Positions 30,916 through 39,646 of a stretch of DNA of 64,000 nucleotides are shown piece after piece (position 1 is the first letter of the stretch; the number at the start of each line of letters is the position of its first letter). The stretch comes from an uncultured bacterium (lineage in GTDB: Bacteria; Patescibacteriota; Saccharimonadia; UBA4664; SCTI01): NCBI GenBank assembly GCA_963721685.1, contig CAVRJJ010000001.1, forward strand, positions 303,950 to 367,949, given 5' to 3'. The notes beneath the pieces were generated by a model. It did not search any database, was not told the DNA's origin, and was given only the letters and a program-made list of their open reading frames with translations. The translations under genes and the position numbers were made by a program.

Positions 30916-31965
30916 TTAAAAGTGAATAAACTGCAGCCCGCTCGACGAGATCGTCATTGTGCTGTACTCACCATTGTTACCGAAATTATACTGACTTACA
31001 AAGATTGTGCCATTGCCATTAACCCGCTCCACGTACATGACGTGGCCATACGGGCCGGCCAAAGTTACCGCCACATCACCTACGCGGGGGGTTCCATCAA
31101 CTGGAATACCGGCAGCCCTGGCATTGGCAGGCCATTGGTTAGCATTGCCGCGCCCGCCCCAGTAAGGCATGTAGCGGCCTGAAGCCGCGACCCGGAAAGC
31201 GGTGTAACTTACACACTCACGGTTATACATACCCCAGCTATCAACCGCCGTATCTCGAGGAATATTGCACCATTTCCCAGGATAGCCGCCGCCGCAAGCC
31301 GCCCCCCCGTTAGCGCTACCGCCGAAAGTCGCAGCCAATATCGCGGCCTGCTTGGCCTTAAGCTCCTCGGCTTGTTCGCTATTTGCTTTGGCCATTGAGG
31401 CGTAGCGGGATTCTTCGCCACGTGTTTGCGCCAGTATACTAGCCGCCTCGTTACGCTGAATATTTAGTGATTGCTGTAATTCACCCTGCTGCTTAAGCAA
31501 ATTTTCACCGGCAGCTTTTTGCTTTTCCAGCTCGGCCTTGAGATCCTGAATCGCGGCTGCCGCGTCTTGAATGTGGTCTTTAATTCGATCTAGATACTGT
31601 TGACGGTCGACATAATCACTTAAGCTTTTGCTGGCCGCTAGCATTTCCAATGGTGAAACTTGTGACTGCTGATAAATTTCCCGGACATTTTCATCAAGGA
31701 TTTCTTTTTTCTCTGCCAGTTCAGCTTTAGCGGCTTCAATTTGGACGTTAATGCGTTGCTGCTTTGCCCGGTTAAGGGTAATTTGCGTAGAAAGGGCGGC
31801 CGCTTGGTTGTTTATAGAAGCCAGCTTGTTAGCTAAGCTGTCGCTTTCGGACCTTAGCTGATTGGCTTGGGCCTGGTGGCTATTGGCCTGGCGGGTAAGC
31901 TCAGCAATTTGCTCATCAAGACTGGTAGCTCCCGCGGTTGGCGCTAGAAACAGCAAAGCTACCAT
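30916..31965 (-). CDS. Secreted coiled-coil protein with C-terminal CHAP amidase/peptidase domain (PcsB-like peptidoglycan hydrolase).
   Basis: Signal peptide, about 200 aa of coiled coil, and a CHAP domain (conserved C and H; GPYGHVMYVERV). Confidence 0.75.
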   Translation of the reverse strand: MVALLFLAPTAGATSLDEQIAELTRQANSHQAQANQLRSESDSLANKLASINNQAAALSTQITLNRAKQQRINVQIEAAKAELAEKKEILDENVREIYQQSQVSPLEMLAASKSLSDYVDRQQYLDRIKDHIQDAAAAIQDLKAELEKQKAAGENLLKQQGELQQSLNIQRNEAASILAQTRGEESRYASMAKANSEQAEELKAKQAAILAATFGGSANGGAACGGGYPGKWCNIPRDTAVDSWGMYNRECVSYTAFRVAASGRYMPYWGGRGNANQWPANARAAGIPVDGTPRVGDVAVTLAGPYGHVMYVERVNGNGTIFVSQYNFGNNGEYSTMTISSSGLQFIHF

Positions 31966-32246
31966 AGCGAAGGACGTAAGTTTAGCTACGAATAATTGGT
32001 GTTTGTTTTTGGGTCCCTGGAATCCGATTTGTTTTACCCTCTTAACACTTATGATTATAACTGTTTTCGCTTATGCTAGTCAAGCCAAATACACCTAGTA
32101 AACACAGGCTTGCCGGATAGCACTAAGCATCAATACGTTCTTCCCTTGCCTCCACATATCGACTGATATCATCTGATCTGACGATATCAGAATGCATAGT
32201 AGGCAACTTGAGAAGAAGTATTGGTACGGGCAAAGAAGGTAGATGC

Positions 32247-33182
32247 TTAAAGTTTCAGATAGCGCTTGAGGGCAACTAGGCTGGATAAGGCGCCAATTGC
32301 AACGCCGATAGCAAGTTCGATCAGCGCCACAACAGCCACATGGCTTTTCATATAAGCGATAATGGCATCGATTTCGGGTATATAGCTGCTAATCCGGGGG
32401 GCGCCCGCCAAGACCACGGTATAAAGAAAGATCAAAGCCAATATGGCCGCGATTACACCATAAAGAATTGCTTCAAAAATAAACGGCCCGCGGATAAACC
32501 AACTGGTGGCCCCAACCAGCTTCATAATTTCTATTTCTTCCCGGCGGGTAAAGATTGCCATACGGATAGTATTGAAAATTATTAAGGTCGAAATCACCAC
32601 AAAGATAAGCGACGCGATAATCCCGCTTACCCTTAAGAAATTCGACGTGCTTATAATCTTGTCAATCGTAGCCTTGCGTTCCCCGCTATAGCTTATGGCC
32701 TTTTCCCGGGAACCCTCTTTATCTTTGGCCAGCAATGGTTCAAATTCTTTTAGCTTTGCTACCGTTATAATACCGTCAATTTTATTTGGATCTTCAGCCT
32801 TTATCTGAAAAGAAGCCGGTAAGGGGTTGTCTGTTTCGGTTACCGTGTCTGGCAGTTTGGGATTATCGGGGTTCTTACGGTATTCCTTTAACGCGTCAGC
32901 TTTTGTAAGAAACCGTACCGATTTTACATTTTCCGCGTGCTCAAGCTTCGTCCTAAAAGCTTCGTTTTGTTCTTTAGAATTAGCGTCATCCAGGAAAATC
33001 GAGATATCAATCTTGTTTACCACCCCCTCTATGGCCGAGGTAAGGGCCGCGTTGGCGATGTAGGATACGGCGACCAAGCTGAGCGTTACCGTCATAACCA
33101 CGGTAGCGGCGGTGGAGAGCCAGGCGTTGCGCACAAAGTTACGGATACCGGTTTTAATAATCCGAATAAGCGTAATCAGCAT
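32247..33182 (-). CDS. ftsX: Cell division permease FtsX.
   Basis: FtsX topology (TM1, large extracellular loop, TM2-4) directly downstream of ftsE. Confidence 0.85.
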   Translation of the reverse strand: MLITLIRIIKTGIRNFVRNAWLSTAATVVMTVTLSLVAVSYIANAALTSAIEGVVNKIDISIFLDDANSKEQNEAFRTKLEHAENVKSVRFLTKADALKEYRKNPDNPKLPDTVTETDNPLPASFQIKAEDPNKIDGIITVAKLKEFEPLLAKDKEGSREKAISYSGERKATIDKIISTSNFLRVSGIIASLIFVVISTLIIFNTIRMAIFTRREEIEIMKLVGATSWFIRGPFIFEAILYGVIAAILALIFLYTVVLAGAPRISSYIPEIDAIIAYMKSHVAVVALIELAIGVAIGALSSLVALKRYLKL

Positions 33183-33862
33183 TACAGGGCGTACCTTCCC
33201 TGTTCTTCATCTTTGATAATCCGTCCGCGCTGAATGGTAATCACCCGGCGCTTCAGGGCATTTACAATCTCTTTATTGTGGGTAGTCAGCAAAACCGTTG
33301 TACCAAAGCGGTTAATTTTAAGCAGCAATTCGATAATATCCCAAGAAGTCTTGGGATCAAGGTTACCGGTAGGCTCATCGGCGATCAATATTTTCGGTTG
33401 GCGCACCAACGCCCTGGCTATGGCTACCCGCTGGCGCTCGCCGCCGGAAAGCTCCCGGGGGAAACTGGATTCTTTGCTTTTCAATCCAACTAATTGCAGC
33501 ATCCGGGGCACGCTGCGCTTAATTTCCCGGTTCGAGGCTCCGGCGGCCTCGAGTGCAAAGGAAACATTTTCGAACGTGTTACGGTTTTGTAAAAGCTTAA
33601 AGTCCTGAAAAACCACGCCGATTCGCCGGCGTAAATGCGGAATATTCTTGTATTGGATGGTGTCGTAATCAAGCCCCCCCACAATAATCTTACCGCTTGA
33701 TTGCTCTTCTTCGCGGGTCATCAATTTTATCAATGTCGACTTTCCGGCGCCGCTTGAGCCCACAATTGTCACGAACTCCTTGGGTTGGATATGCAGGTTT
33801 AATCCACTCAAGGCAATTTGCTTGTTGGGGTACATCTTGGTAACGCGATCAAAGAGTATCAC
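33182..33862 (-). CDS. ftsE: Cell division ATP-binding protein FtsE.
   Basis: ABC ATPase motifs (GSSGAGKST, LSGGERQR, ILIADEPTGNLD). Confidence 0.9.
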   Translation of the reverse strand: MILFDRVTKMYPNKQIALSGLNLHIQPKEFVTIVGSSGAGKSTLIKLMTREEEQSSGKIIVGGLDYDTIQYKNIPHLRRRIGVVFQDFKLLQNRNTFENVSFALEAAGASNREIKRSVPRMLQLVGLKSKESSFPRELSGGERQRVAIARALVRQPKILIADEPTGNLDPKTSWDIIELLLKINRFGTTVLLTTHNKEIVNALKRRVITIQRGRIIKDEEQGRYAL

Positions 33863-33930
33863 GAGGCTATCTTACCACTTCTAGCACTTATTGTTGAGTT
33901 TTAAGCTTAACCAGAACCAGCGGTCGGAGA

Positions 33931-34944
33931 TTACCGGCCCTGGGCTAAGTGGCCGTACAGGGTTTCCAGTCCACCGCCATGGTTGATAACCACATGCTCG
34001 CCATATCCGGAGTTATCGGCACCGCTATAACTAACCGTACCGTTTGCCGCCGCGTAAATGGGTGCGCCAAAATAAGCGCCGAGGTCAATGCCCGTATGAA
34101 AACTGTAAGCCGCGGCCCAGTTAGGCTTACCAAACTCCTGGTTGGTGCTATACCCGCTGTCCAGCGGCCAGCGCAGCCGGCTTTGGAAATTACGAGGGTT
34201 TACCGGCGTACCGTTTTGGCGCACTTCAAAATGCAAGTGGGTGCCGGTTGAATAGCCGGTATTGCCCTGGAATCCAATTACCTCACCGGCAGCTACCCTA
34301 TCGCCTGCATGTACCACCCGGCCGCCGTAGCTGGCCAGCTTCTTCTTAAGCTCCGCTCGGGCAGCGTTTATTTGGCCAAGCTGGTTTTCCGCCTGCGCGC
34401 GGGCATAAACGAGACCGTTTTGTTGGGCAGCAAGGTTGGCGGTAAGCTTGTTTAACTCCTGAGCCTTGACTTCATGCTGCTTTTTGGCCGCAAGAATAGT
34501 GTTGACGGTTTCCGAGATCTTGTCGCTGATACTTTGTAAATACTGCTCACGGTCAACAAAGTCAGAAAGATTTTCGGCCCCAACCAGCTCTTCAAGCTTG
34601 GTTTGGTTGGTTGACTGGTACTGAGCACGCACCAGCTCACCTAGTTTGGCTTGTCCAACTGCCATCCGGGCTTTGGCATCAGCAATAGCAGCGTTGGTGT
34701 TGGCAATCTCGCGCTGCGTATGCCTAATTTGCGCTTCAACCGTGGCAATCTGATTATCAACATTATGGATATGGGCTTCGGTTTCAGCCGCGTGGACGTT
34801 GGCGGAATGTAATTGGTTGCGGGTGTCGCTCGCTTCGTTGGCGATTGCCATAGTTGGTGCTAATAGTACTAATAAGACCGTTACTGCCTTCGTCCGCATC
34901 CCCATTTGTTGCCCTCCAGCTAAGTATCCCCACAAACCTCTCAC
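33931..34944 (-). CDS. EnvC-like coiled-coil protein with an M23 (LytM) peptidase domain whose halves are in permuted order.
   Basis: Signal peptide plus coiled coil. Motif order is G.TGYSTGTHLHFE (HxH) before HTGIDL (HxxxD); the C-terminal ...YGHLAQGR is contiguous in normal M23 with VVHAGDRVAAGEVIG, which occurs about 100 aa earlier. Confidence 0.7.
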   Translation of the reverse strand: MRGLWGYLAGGQQMGMRTKAVTVLLVLLAPTMAIANEASDTRNQLHSANVHAAETEAHIHNVDNQIATVEAQIRHTQREIANTNAAIADAKARMAVGQAKLGELVRAQYQSTNQTKLEELVGAENLSDFVDREQYLQSISDKISETVNTILAAKKQHEVKAQELNKLTANLAAQQNGLVYARAQAENQLGQINAARAELKKKLASYGGRVVHAGDRVAAGEVIGFQGNTGYSTGTHLHFEVRQNGTPVNPRNFQSRLRWPLDSGYSTNQEFGKPNWAAAYSFHTGIDLGAYFGAPIYAAANGTVSYSGADNSGYGEHVVINHGGGLETLYGHLAQGR

Positions 34945-35180
34945 AACCAGTATTTACGCATGACAGCGTAAGCAGTGTCAAATGAGTTTTTTAGCTTAAC
35001 AAAAGGGAAAACACTTAACCATAAGAATTTACAAGGGCTTGGGAAAGGTATATTTGGCTTTTGGCGAAAAATCTAAAAAAAATCTCAATCCTCGTTCTGC
35101 TTTTGTGAATTATGCAGAGTCAAGCAGTTTGAGTATTTTGTATGTTATTAGCCTATGCCATACATTTTGTTGCTGCAGAA

Positions 35181-35233
35181 TTGCATCATATTTGCATCAA
35201 ATGTGCATCACTTTTGCCGCAGATCTGCCATCA
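35181..35233. promoter_or_regulatory. Three to four direct repeats of TGCATCA with about 11-bp phasing in the spacer upstream of the M23-ftsEX operon.
   Basis: The motif occurs at about 35182-35188 (tTGCATCA), 35193-35199 (tTGCATCA), 35204-35210 (gTGCATCA) and as a degenerate copy at about 35226-35233 (TGCcATCA), giving helical-phase spacing. Confidence 0.35.
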
Positions 35234-35250
35234 ATCACAAGGATTAAAAG

Positions 35251-36335
35251 TTAGGCACCGATTTGGCTGCTTAAGTAAGCGTCAATAAACGGTTCAAGGT
35301 CGCCATTTAATACCATTTCGGCCTGGGAGGTCTCGTGTTTGGTGCGATGATCCTTCACTTTAGTGTAAGGATGAAGCACATACGAGCGAATCTGGTTCCC
35401 CCACTCGGCGCTCATGACCGGGCCGCGCAGCTTGCTCAACTCTTCTTGTTGCTGCTCGAGCATGAGCGCCGTAAGCCGGGCTTTTAAGATAGCCATCGCC
35501 TTCTCTTTATTTTGTAGCTGCGAGCGTTCGTTTTGGATCGCCACGACGGTACCGGTTGGAACATGCGTGATCCGCACCGCCGAATCAGTGGTATTAACAC
35601 TTTGGCCGCCATGGCCGCCGGAACGGTAGACATCAATCCGCAACTCTTTTTCATCCACCTCAAACTCCTCAGGATGCTCCAACTGCGGCACCACATCCAC
35701 CAACGCAAAGCTGGTTTGGCGTAAGTTATCGGAGTTAAAGGGACTTAGCCGCACCAAACGGTGCACACCTTTTTCACTTTTGAGTTTGCCGTAAGCGTAC
35801 GCGCCGGCCACTTCAACGGTGACACTCTTAAGGCCAGCCTCTTCCCCATCGGAACGATCAATAATATCGGTGTGCCACTTTTGGCGTTCGGCAAAGCGCA
35901 GATACATCCGCAATAGCATCTCCGCCCAGTCTTGGGCGTCAGTCCCCCCGGTACCGGCGTGGATCGACAGGATTGCCGAGCTACGGTCGTGGTTGCCGGA
36001 CAGCTTCAGCTCGAACTCGCGATCGCTGTAAAGTTCCTGTAGGCGCTCAAGGTTTGCCTGCAGATCCGGTTGCATACTGACATCATTCAGCTCGGCCAGC
36101 TCGCGCGCCATAATAATATCCTGATGCAACTGGTTCCAGCCCTCGCTATGGCTTTTGAGCCCGGCCGCCTCCTGGCTGATTTTGGCGGCCGCGGTTGGAT
36201 CATCCCAAAAATTAGGTTCGGCCATCGTTTATCAAGTTCTTTTAAACGCGTTTGTTCAGCGGCTAGACCAAGCCGCTCCATCGCGGTTTCAACCCGCAGC
36301 TGTAAATCATGCAATTGTTTAGCGGTAGCGTCCAT
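35251..36335 (-). CDS. prfB: Peptide chain release factor 2, with a -1 frame discontinuity near 36226-36232 between the N-terminal 37 codons (ORF 36087..36335) and the main ORF.
   Basis: An SPF motif (VRLSPFNSDN) and GGQ are present. N-terminal fragment MDATAKQLHDLQLRVETAMERLGLAAEQTRLKELDKR joins MAEPNFWDDP only by a -1 shift. No CUU-UGA autoregulatory site is present. Confidence 0.8.
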
Positions 36336-36439
36336 AATTTTCCTTTACTATCCGTTGACAATATGCCCTGGGTATCATATTATACACATATCACCACGAT
36401 CGGTTACCTTGCAGTGCGTGTCCTGCAAGCTCATACCGG

Positions 36440-36988
36440 TCATTTTTTATTTTCCACATACTCCAGCTTCTTTTTATTAACTGAAACAAAATCGAAGTAA
36501 GTTGGATATTTATTTAAAAGTTGAGAATAATTTACTTTATTAGGGATAAGAATGGTGCCCAATTTTTCTTTCTCATAGAGGTATTCGTAAAGGCTTAGGA
36601 AGTCTCCGTCACCCGATACAATTACAGCCTTATCGTAATTATCAATTTCTCTGGCAGCAGCGTAGAGCACGAGGTCCGTATCGACGTTTCCCTTGACCTT
36701 CGTCTTGCCTTCCCCGTCTTTGAATGATGTTGTTGGCTTTAGTACAACGACATAACCCGCGCGTTGCAGATAGGCATACAGTCCTTCATTGCCGGGCAAG
36801 TTGCCAATAAATAAAAATGCTTCCTCAACCTTATATTTATCCTTCAAGAAACGACGAAATTTTTCAAAATCAAGCTTCCATCCCGTATAAACTTTTCTTC
36901 CATGTCGAGTAATGTCTTCCCCCACTCCCATATTGAGGTTTTGGCTATCGATGAAGGCATATACCTTTACATGTGCAGTTTTAGACAT
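36440..36988 (-). CDS. NYN/LabA-like (PIN-fold) nuclease domain protein.
   Basis: VYAFIDSQNL...NVDTDLV...IVSGDGDF is a LabA/NYN signature. The gene sits in local AT-rich DNA. Confidence 0.65.
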   Translation of the reverse strand: MSKTAHVKVYAFIDSQNLNMGVGEDITRHGRKVYTGWKLDFEKFRRFLKDKYKVEEAFLFIGNLPGNEGLYAYLQRAGYVVVLKPTTSFKDGEGKTKVKGNVDTDLVLYAAAREIDNYDKAVIVSGDGDFLSLYEYLYEKEKLGTILIPNKVNYSQLLNKYPTYFDFVSVNKKKLEYVENKK

Positions 36989-37024
36989 GGCTTTAATGTA
37001 GCATTAATAGCAATGGCTGGACAC

Positions 37025-37066
37025 GCAGAAAGCCCCGGTCTTCCAAAAGGAAGCGGGGCTTTCTGC
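37025..37066. terminator. Perfect 13-bp inverted repeat hairpin (GCAGAAAGCCCCG...CGGGGCTTTCTGC) following a second GC hairpin (GGGCCCGAGGGCCC) downstream of the LPETG gene.
   Basis: Both inverted repeats are seen directly in sequence between the minus-strand genes. Confidence 0.55.
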
Positions 37067-37142
37067 TACTTACTCGCATAAATGTGAGCAAGCGCCAACT
37101 AGAGTAACGGGCCCGAGGGCCCGCCGCTAGCAACCAAGAATA

Positions 37143-37998
37143 TTATTCTCGGTTAAGCAGTTTATCGGCCAAAGCCTTCTTACTGCGGCGATAGGCTACG
37201 ACGGCGTAACCAAGGGCACCGGTACCGGCCATACCAGCCAAAGCGGCTTCAGGACCAGTCTCAGGAAGAGCAACCGGAGTTACCGGAGTCGCGGGAGGCG
37301 TTACCGGAGGGGTAGGAGGGGTTAGGAGGGGTAACCGGAGGGGTAACCGGAGCACTAACCTTAACTTTAAAGGTCACGTCCGCGATGTAGTGGAAACAGC
37401 CCGGGATTAACCCGTTGAGGCTGTCATAACCAAGCAATGTACCTTTGGTAACATCGCCCAGGATAGCACCGTTAACGGCGCCTTTACTGGCAATACGGGC
37501 AGAGCCAGGAACAACGCTGACTTTTACCTTACCATCGCTGGTAACGTTGGTGTCATCGAAGATGGTTCCGGGAGTAGCGTTCGAAGCCGAAATGTGGCCG
37601 CGAATGTTAGTGGAGCCATTAACTTCACTGGGCATATCTACCTTTAAAGTAGTGTTTTTAGCGTTCAGCTTTTCTGGATCGCTTGTCTGGGCAGGATCGG
37701 CGTTGTTGTGCACATACGCGCGAACTTCATATTCTTGGCCGGCAACTAATTTCACCGAGTCAGAATAAGCACCGCCAACTTGACGAATCGTTAAGAAGTT
37801 ACGTTCATCACCATATTGGGGGGTGTTGGTAAATGAGTTGAACTGGACATGGCCAGGACCACCACAAACACCGGTGATAGAACCACAGTTGAAGGTGGGA
37901 CGATCAGGACCAAAAGCGGCAAATGCCGTCATCGGCACCGCTAAGGTCATGGCAGCTACCGCGCTAACGGCAACTCCCTTTTTAAATTTTGCATTCAT
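37143..37998 (-). CDS. Sortase-anchored surface protein (signal peptide, Ig-like/adhesin body, PT-repeat stalk, LPETG + TM + RRSKK sorting signal). A +1 frameshift sits inside the PT-repeat stalk near 37285-37300.
   Basis: A 245-aa ORF ends ...VTPPVTPPNPSY... and an overlapping 70-aa ORF supplies ...TPPVTPPATPVTPVALPETGPEAALAGMAGTGALGYAVVAYRRSKK. The junction lies in GGTAACCGGAGG tandem repeats. Confidence 0.75.
37261..37345. repeat. Tandem GGTAACCGGAGG(G)-type repeats encoding the Pro/Thr/Val linker of the LPETG protein.
   Basis: The repeats are seen directly: gttaccggaggggtaggaggggttaggaggggtaaccggaggggtaaccggag. Confidence 0.7.
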
Positions 37999-38228
37999 AG
38001 TATCTTTCTCCTTTGCCGTTTAAGGCAAAATTACTTAATCACACGTGTTAGTAAGTTATCGGGTTGGGCCGCGAATTGTGAAAGGACACTCTCTGCATGA
38101 GAGGCCTGACAGCTGGATAGTCATAGATGTTCAAGTCGGACACCCGACCAAGTCTGCTCTTAAGTCCCCGAAGGGTAAAAAGAGTCTTACGACTTGGCCG
38201 GATGGACCCGACTATTGCTGGTTGATGT

Positions 38229-39200
38229 TCACCGTGGCCGGTCGGCGCCCGAGCTCGCCGGGGGATCCCGGTTGAAGACCTTCCGCACGATGCGGAGCTT
38301 CTTCTTCGAGCACTCGAACTTGCCGGTAACCGTCACGGTCTTGTTGCCGTAGGGACGGGCGCCATGTCCACGGAAGTCACCGGCACGAATGACCCACTTG
38401 AAGGGCCTGCCGTACTGAGTGGCTCCGAACTGGCGTCCGTCGACCTTCAGCTTCACCTGCGTCAGGTAGCGGGTTCCCGCTCCCTTCAGACGAAAGGTGA
38501 TGGTTCCGCGCGGGCTCTTGGGAGCCTGATGCGGGGTCCATACGAGCTTCACGGCTCCGCGCCTGTCGACGCACTTCGTCGTCCTCTTCGGCTTCGGCTT
38601 GGCCTTGGCCTTCGGAGTTGGAGTGGTGGTCGTCGGCGGGAGGCCCGGCGGGTGCGCGATGTACGTGTTGCACGAGTTGTTCGTGCAGTAGTTGGTGCAC
38701 GAGTACTTCGTGCAGATCTCGGTGTTGCACGACTGCACCGCGCAGTTGACCTGCGTGTTGCACGAGTCGCCAACGCACTTCACCGTGTCACCCGGAGGGG
38801 GCGGCGGCGGTGGGGGCGGCGGCGGGGGCGGCGGCGGTGGTGGCGGCGGCGGCGGAGTGCCGGGCTGCTTCGCACAGACGAACGCGCCCGCGTTGTACGT
38901 GATGTTGACCTCGGGGAACGAGTAGCTCTTCTCGAAGATGAGCTCCGAGTAGTAGTTGGTCTTCATCTCGTACCGCAGCGTGGTGTTGTACTCGTTGTTC
39001 GGTCCCGGGTACGTCCCCAGCTCGTCGGCCCTCAGAAGGAGGCCGGTGCGGTTGGGGTTGCCGGCATACGTCGGCGCGGGCGACCCGTCGGGACACGTCG
39101 AGGCCATGGCCACGGGTGCCGCGAAGAGCATCATGGCAAGGGCCATGAGCACGATCGCGATCCTCGCGACCGGATTGGTCTTACGGGTACGGCGGGTCAT
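38229..39200 (-). CDS. Secreted protein with signal peptide, a 22-residue poly-proline tract, Cys-rich SCNT/CT(K/N)Y micro-repeats and a Lys-rich segment. It is the cargo of the GC-rich element.
   Basis: ATG at 39200 is preceded by an AGGAGG RBS 7 nt upstream. The N-terminus MTRRTRKTNPVARIAIVLMALAMMLFAAPVAMA is a signal peptide. The track ORF start (39437) is a read-through of the terminal repeat. Confidence 0.65.
   Translation of the reverse strand: MTRRTRKTNPVARIAIVLMALAMMLFAAPVAMASTCPDGSPAPTYAGNPNRTGLLLRADELGTYPGPNNEYNTTLRYEMKTNYYSELIFEKSYSFPEVNITYNAGAFVCAKQPGTPPPPPPPPPPPPPPPPPPPPPGDTVKCVGDSCNTQVNCAVQSCNTEICTKYSCTNYCTNNSCNTYIAHPPGLPPTTTTPTPKAKAKPKPKRTTKCVDRRGAVKLVWTPHQAPKSPRGTITFRLKGAGTRYLTQVKLKVDGRQFGATQYGRPFKWVIRAGDFRGHGARPYGNKTVTVTGKFECSKKKLRIVRKVFNRDPPASSGADRPR
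38795..38858. repeat. GGC/GGG simple-sequence repeat encoding the poly-Pro tract (reverse strand).
   Basis: ggggcggcggcggtgggggcggcggcgggggcggcggcggtggtggcggcggcggcgg. Confidence 0.8.
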
Positions 39201-39646
39201 TCCAGACCTCCTGGTCGGTAAATGGAGCAACGTGGCTCCAGAATCCCCAATGCACTCATGAGAGTACACTAGTCCTGATCGTCCACGTTGCAGGGCGATG
39301 GTCAGGATCCTACCGATGTTGCGTAATTGGCGCAGCAACATGAGCAGAGTCCTGACCATCAAATAACCGATATCCAGAAAACCTGTAGCAATAGTCGGAA
39401 TTGGGTCTTGAAGACCCATGACTATCCAGCTTGTCAAAGTTCCCTATGAAAGACCGGCTGGTTTCCACCTCACCTACGTCTCGCAGAGTAATGACACGTA
39501 ATATATCATGCTTATGCAATTTTGTCAAGGAGTTGATGGTAAAATGTCTATGATTTATGATCAGATTAGGCGATCTGGAGATTATTGCTTATGCAAAATA
39601 CCGAATTATCTATTGGGAATATGCCTAAAAGATAGCGCTTTAGGCG

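Larger units (their letters stand above)
38105..39440. mobile_element. GC-rich (about 65%) insertion bounded by imperfect inverted repeats. It is a putative non-autonomous MITE-like cargo element, and no transposase is encoded.
   Basis: The left end (38112-38220) reads AGCTGGATAGTCATAGATGTTCAAG...ACCCGACTATTGCT. The right end (39385-39432, reverse strand) reads AGCTGGATAGTCATGGGTCTTCAAGACCCAATTCCGACTATTGCT. Interior GC is far above the roughly 52% background, and the right end contains a GGGTCTTGAAGACCC palindrome. Confidence 0.6.

Noticed and set aside
38364-39221. A 285-aa plus-strand Arg-rich ORF and several other overlapping ORFs on both strands at 38.3-39.3 kb.
   Set aside because: These are antisense to the better-supported minus-strand secreted-protein gene. 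They are typical spurious long ORFs in high-GC DNA, with extreme Arg/Gly content and no motifs.
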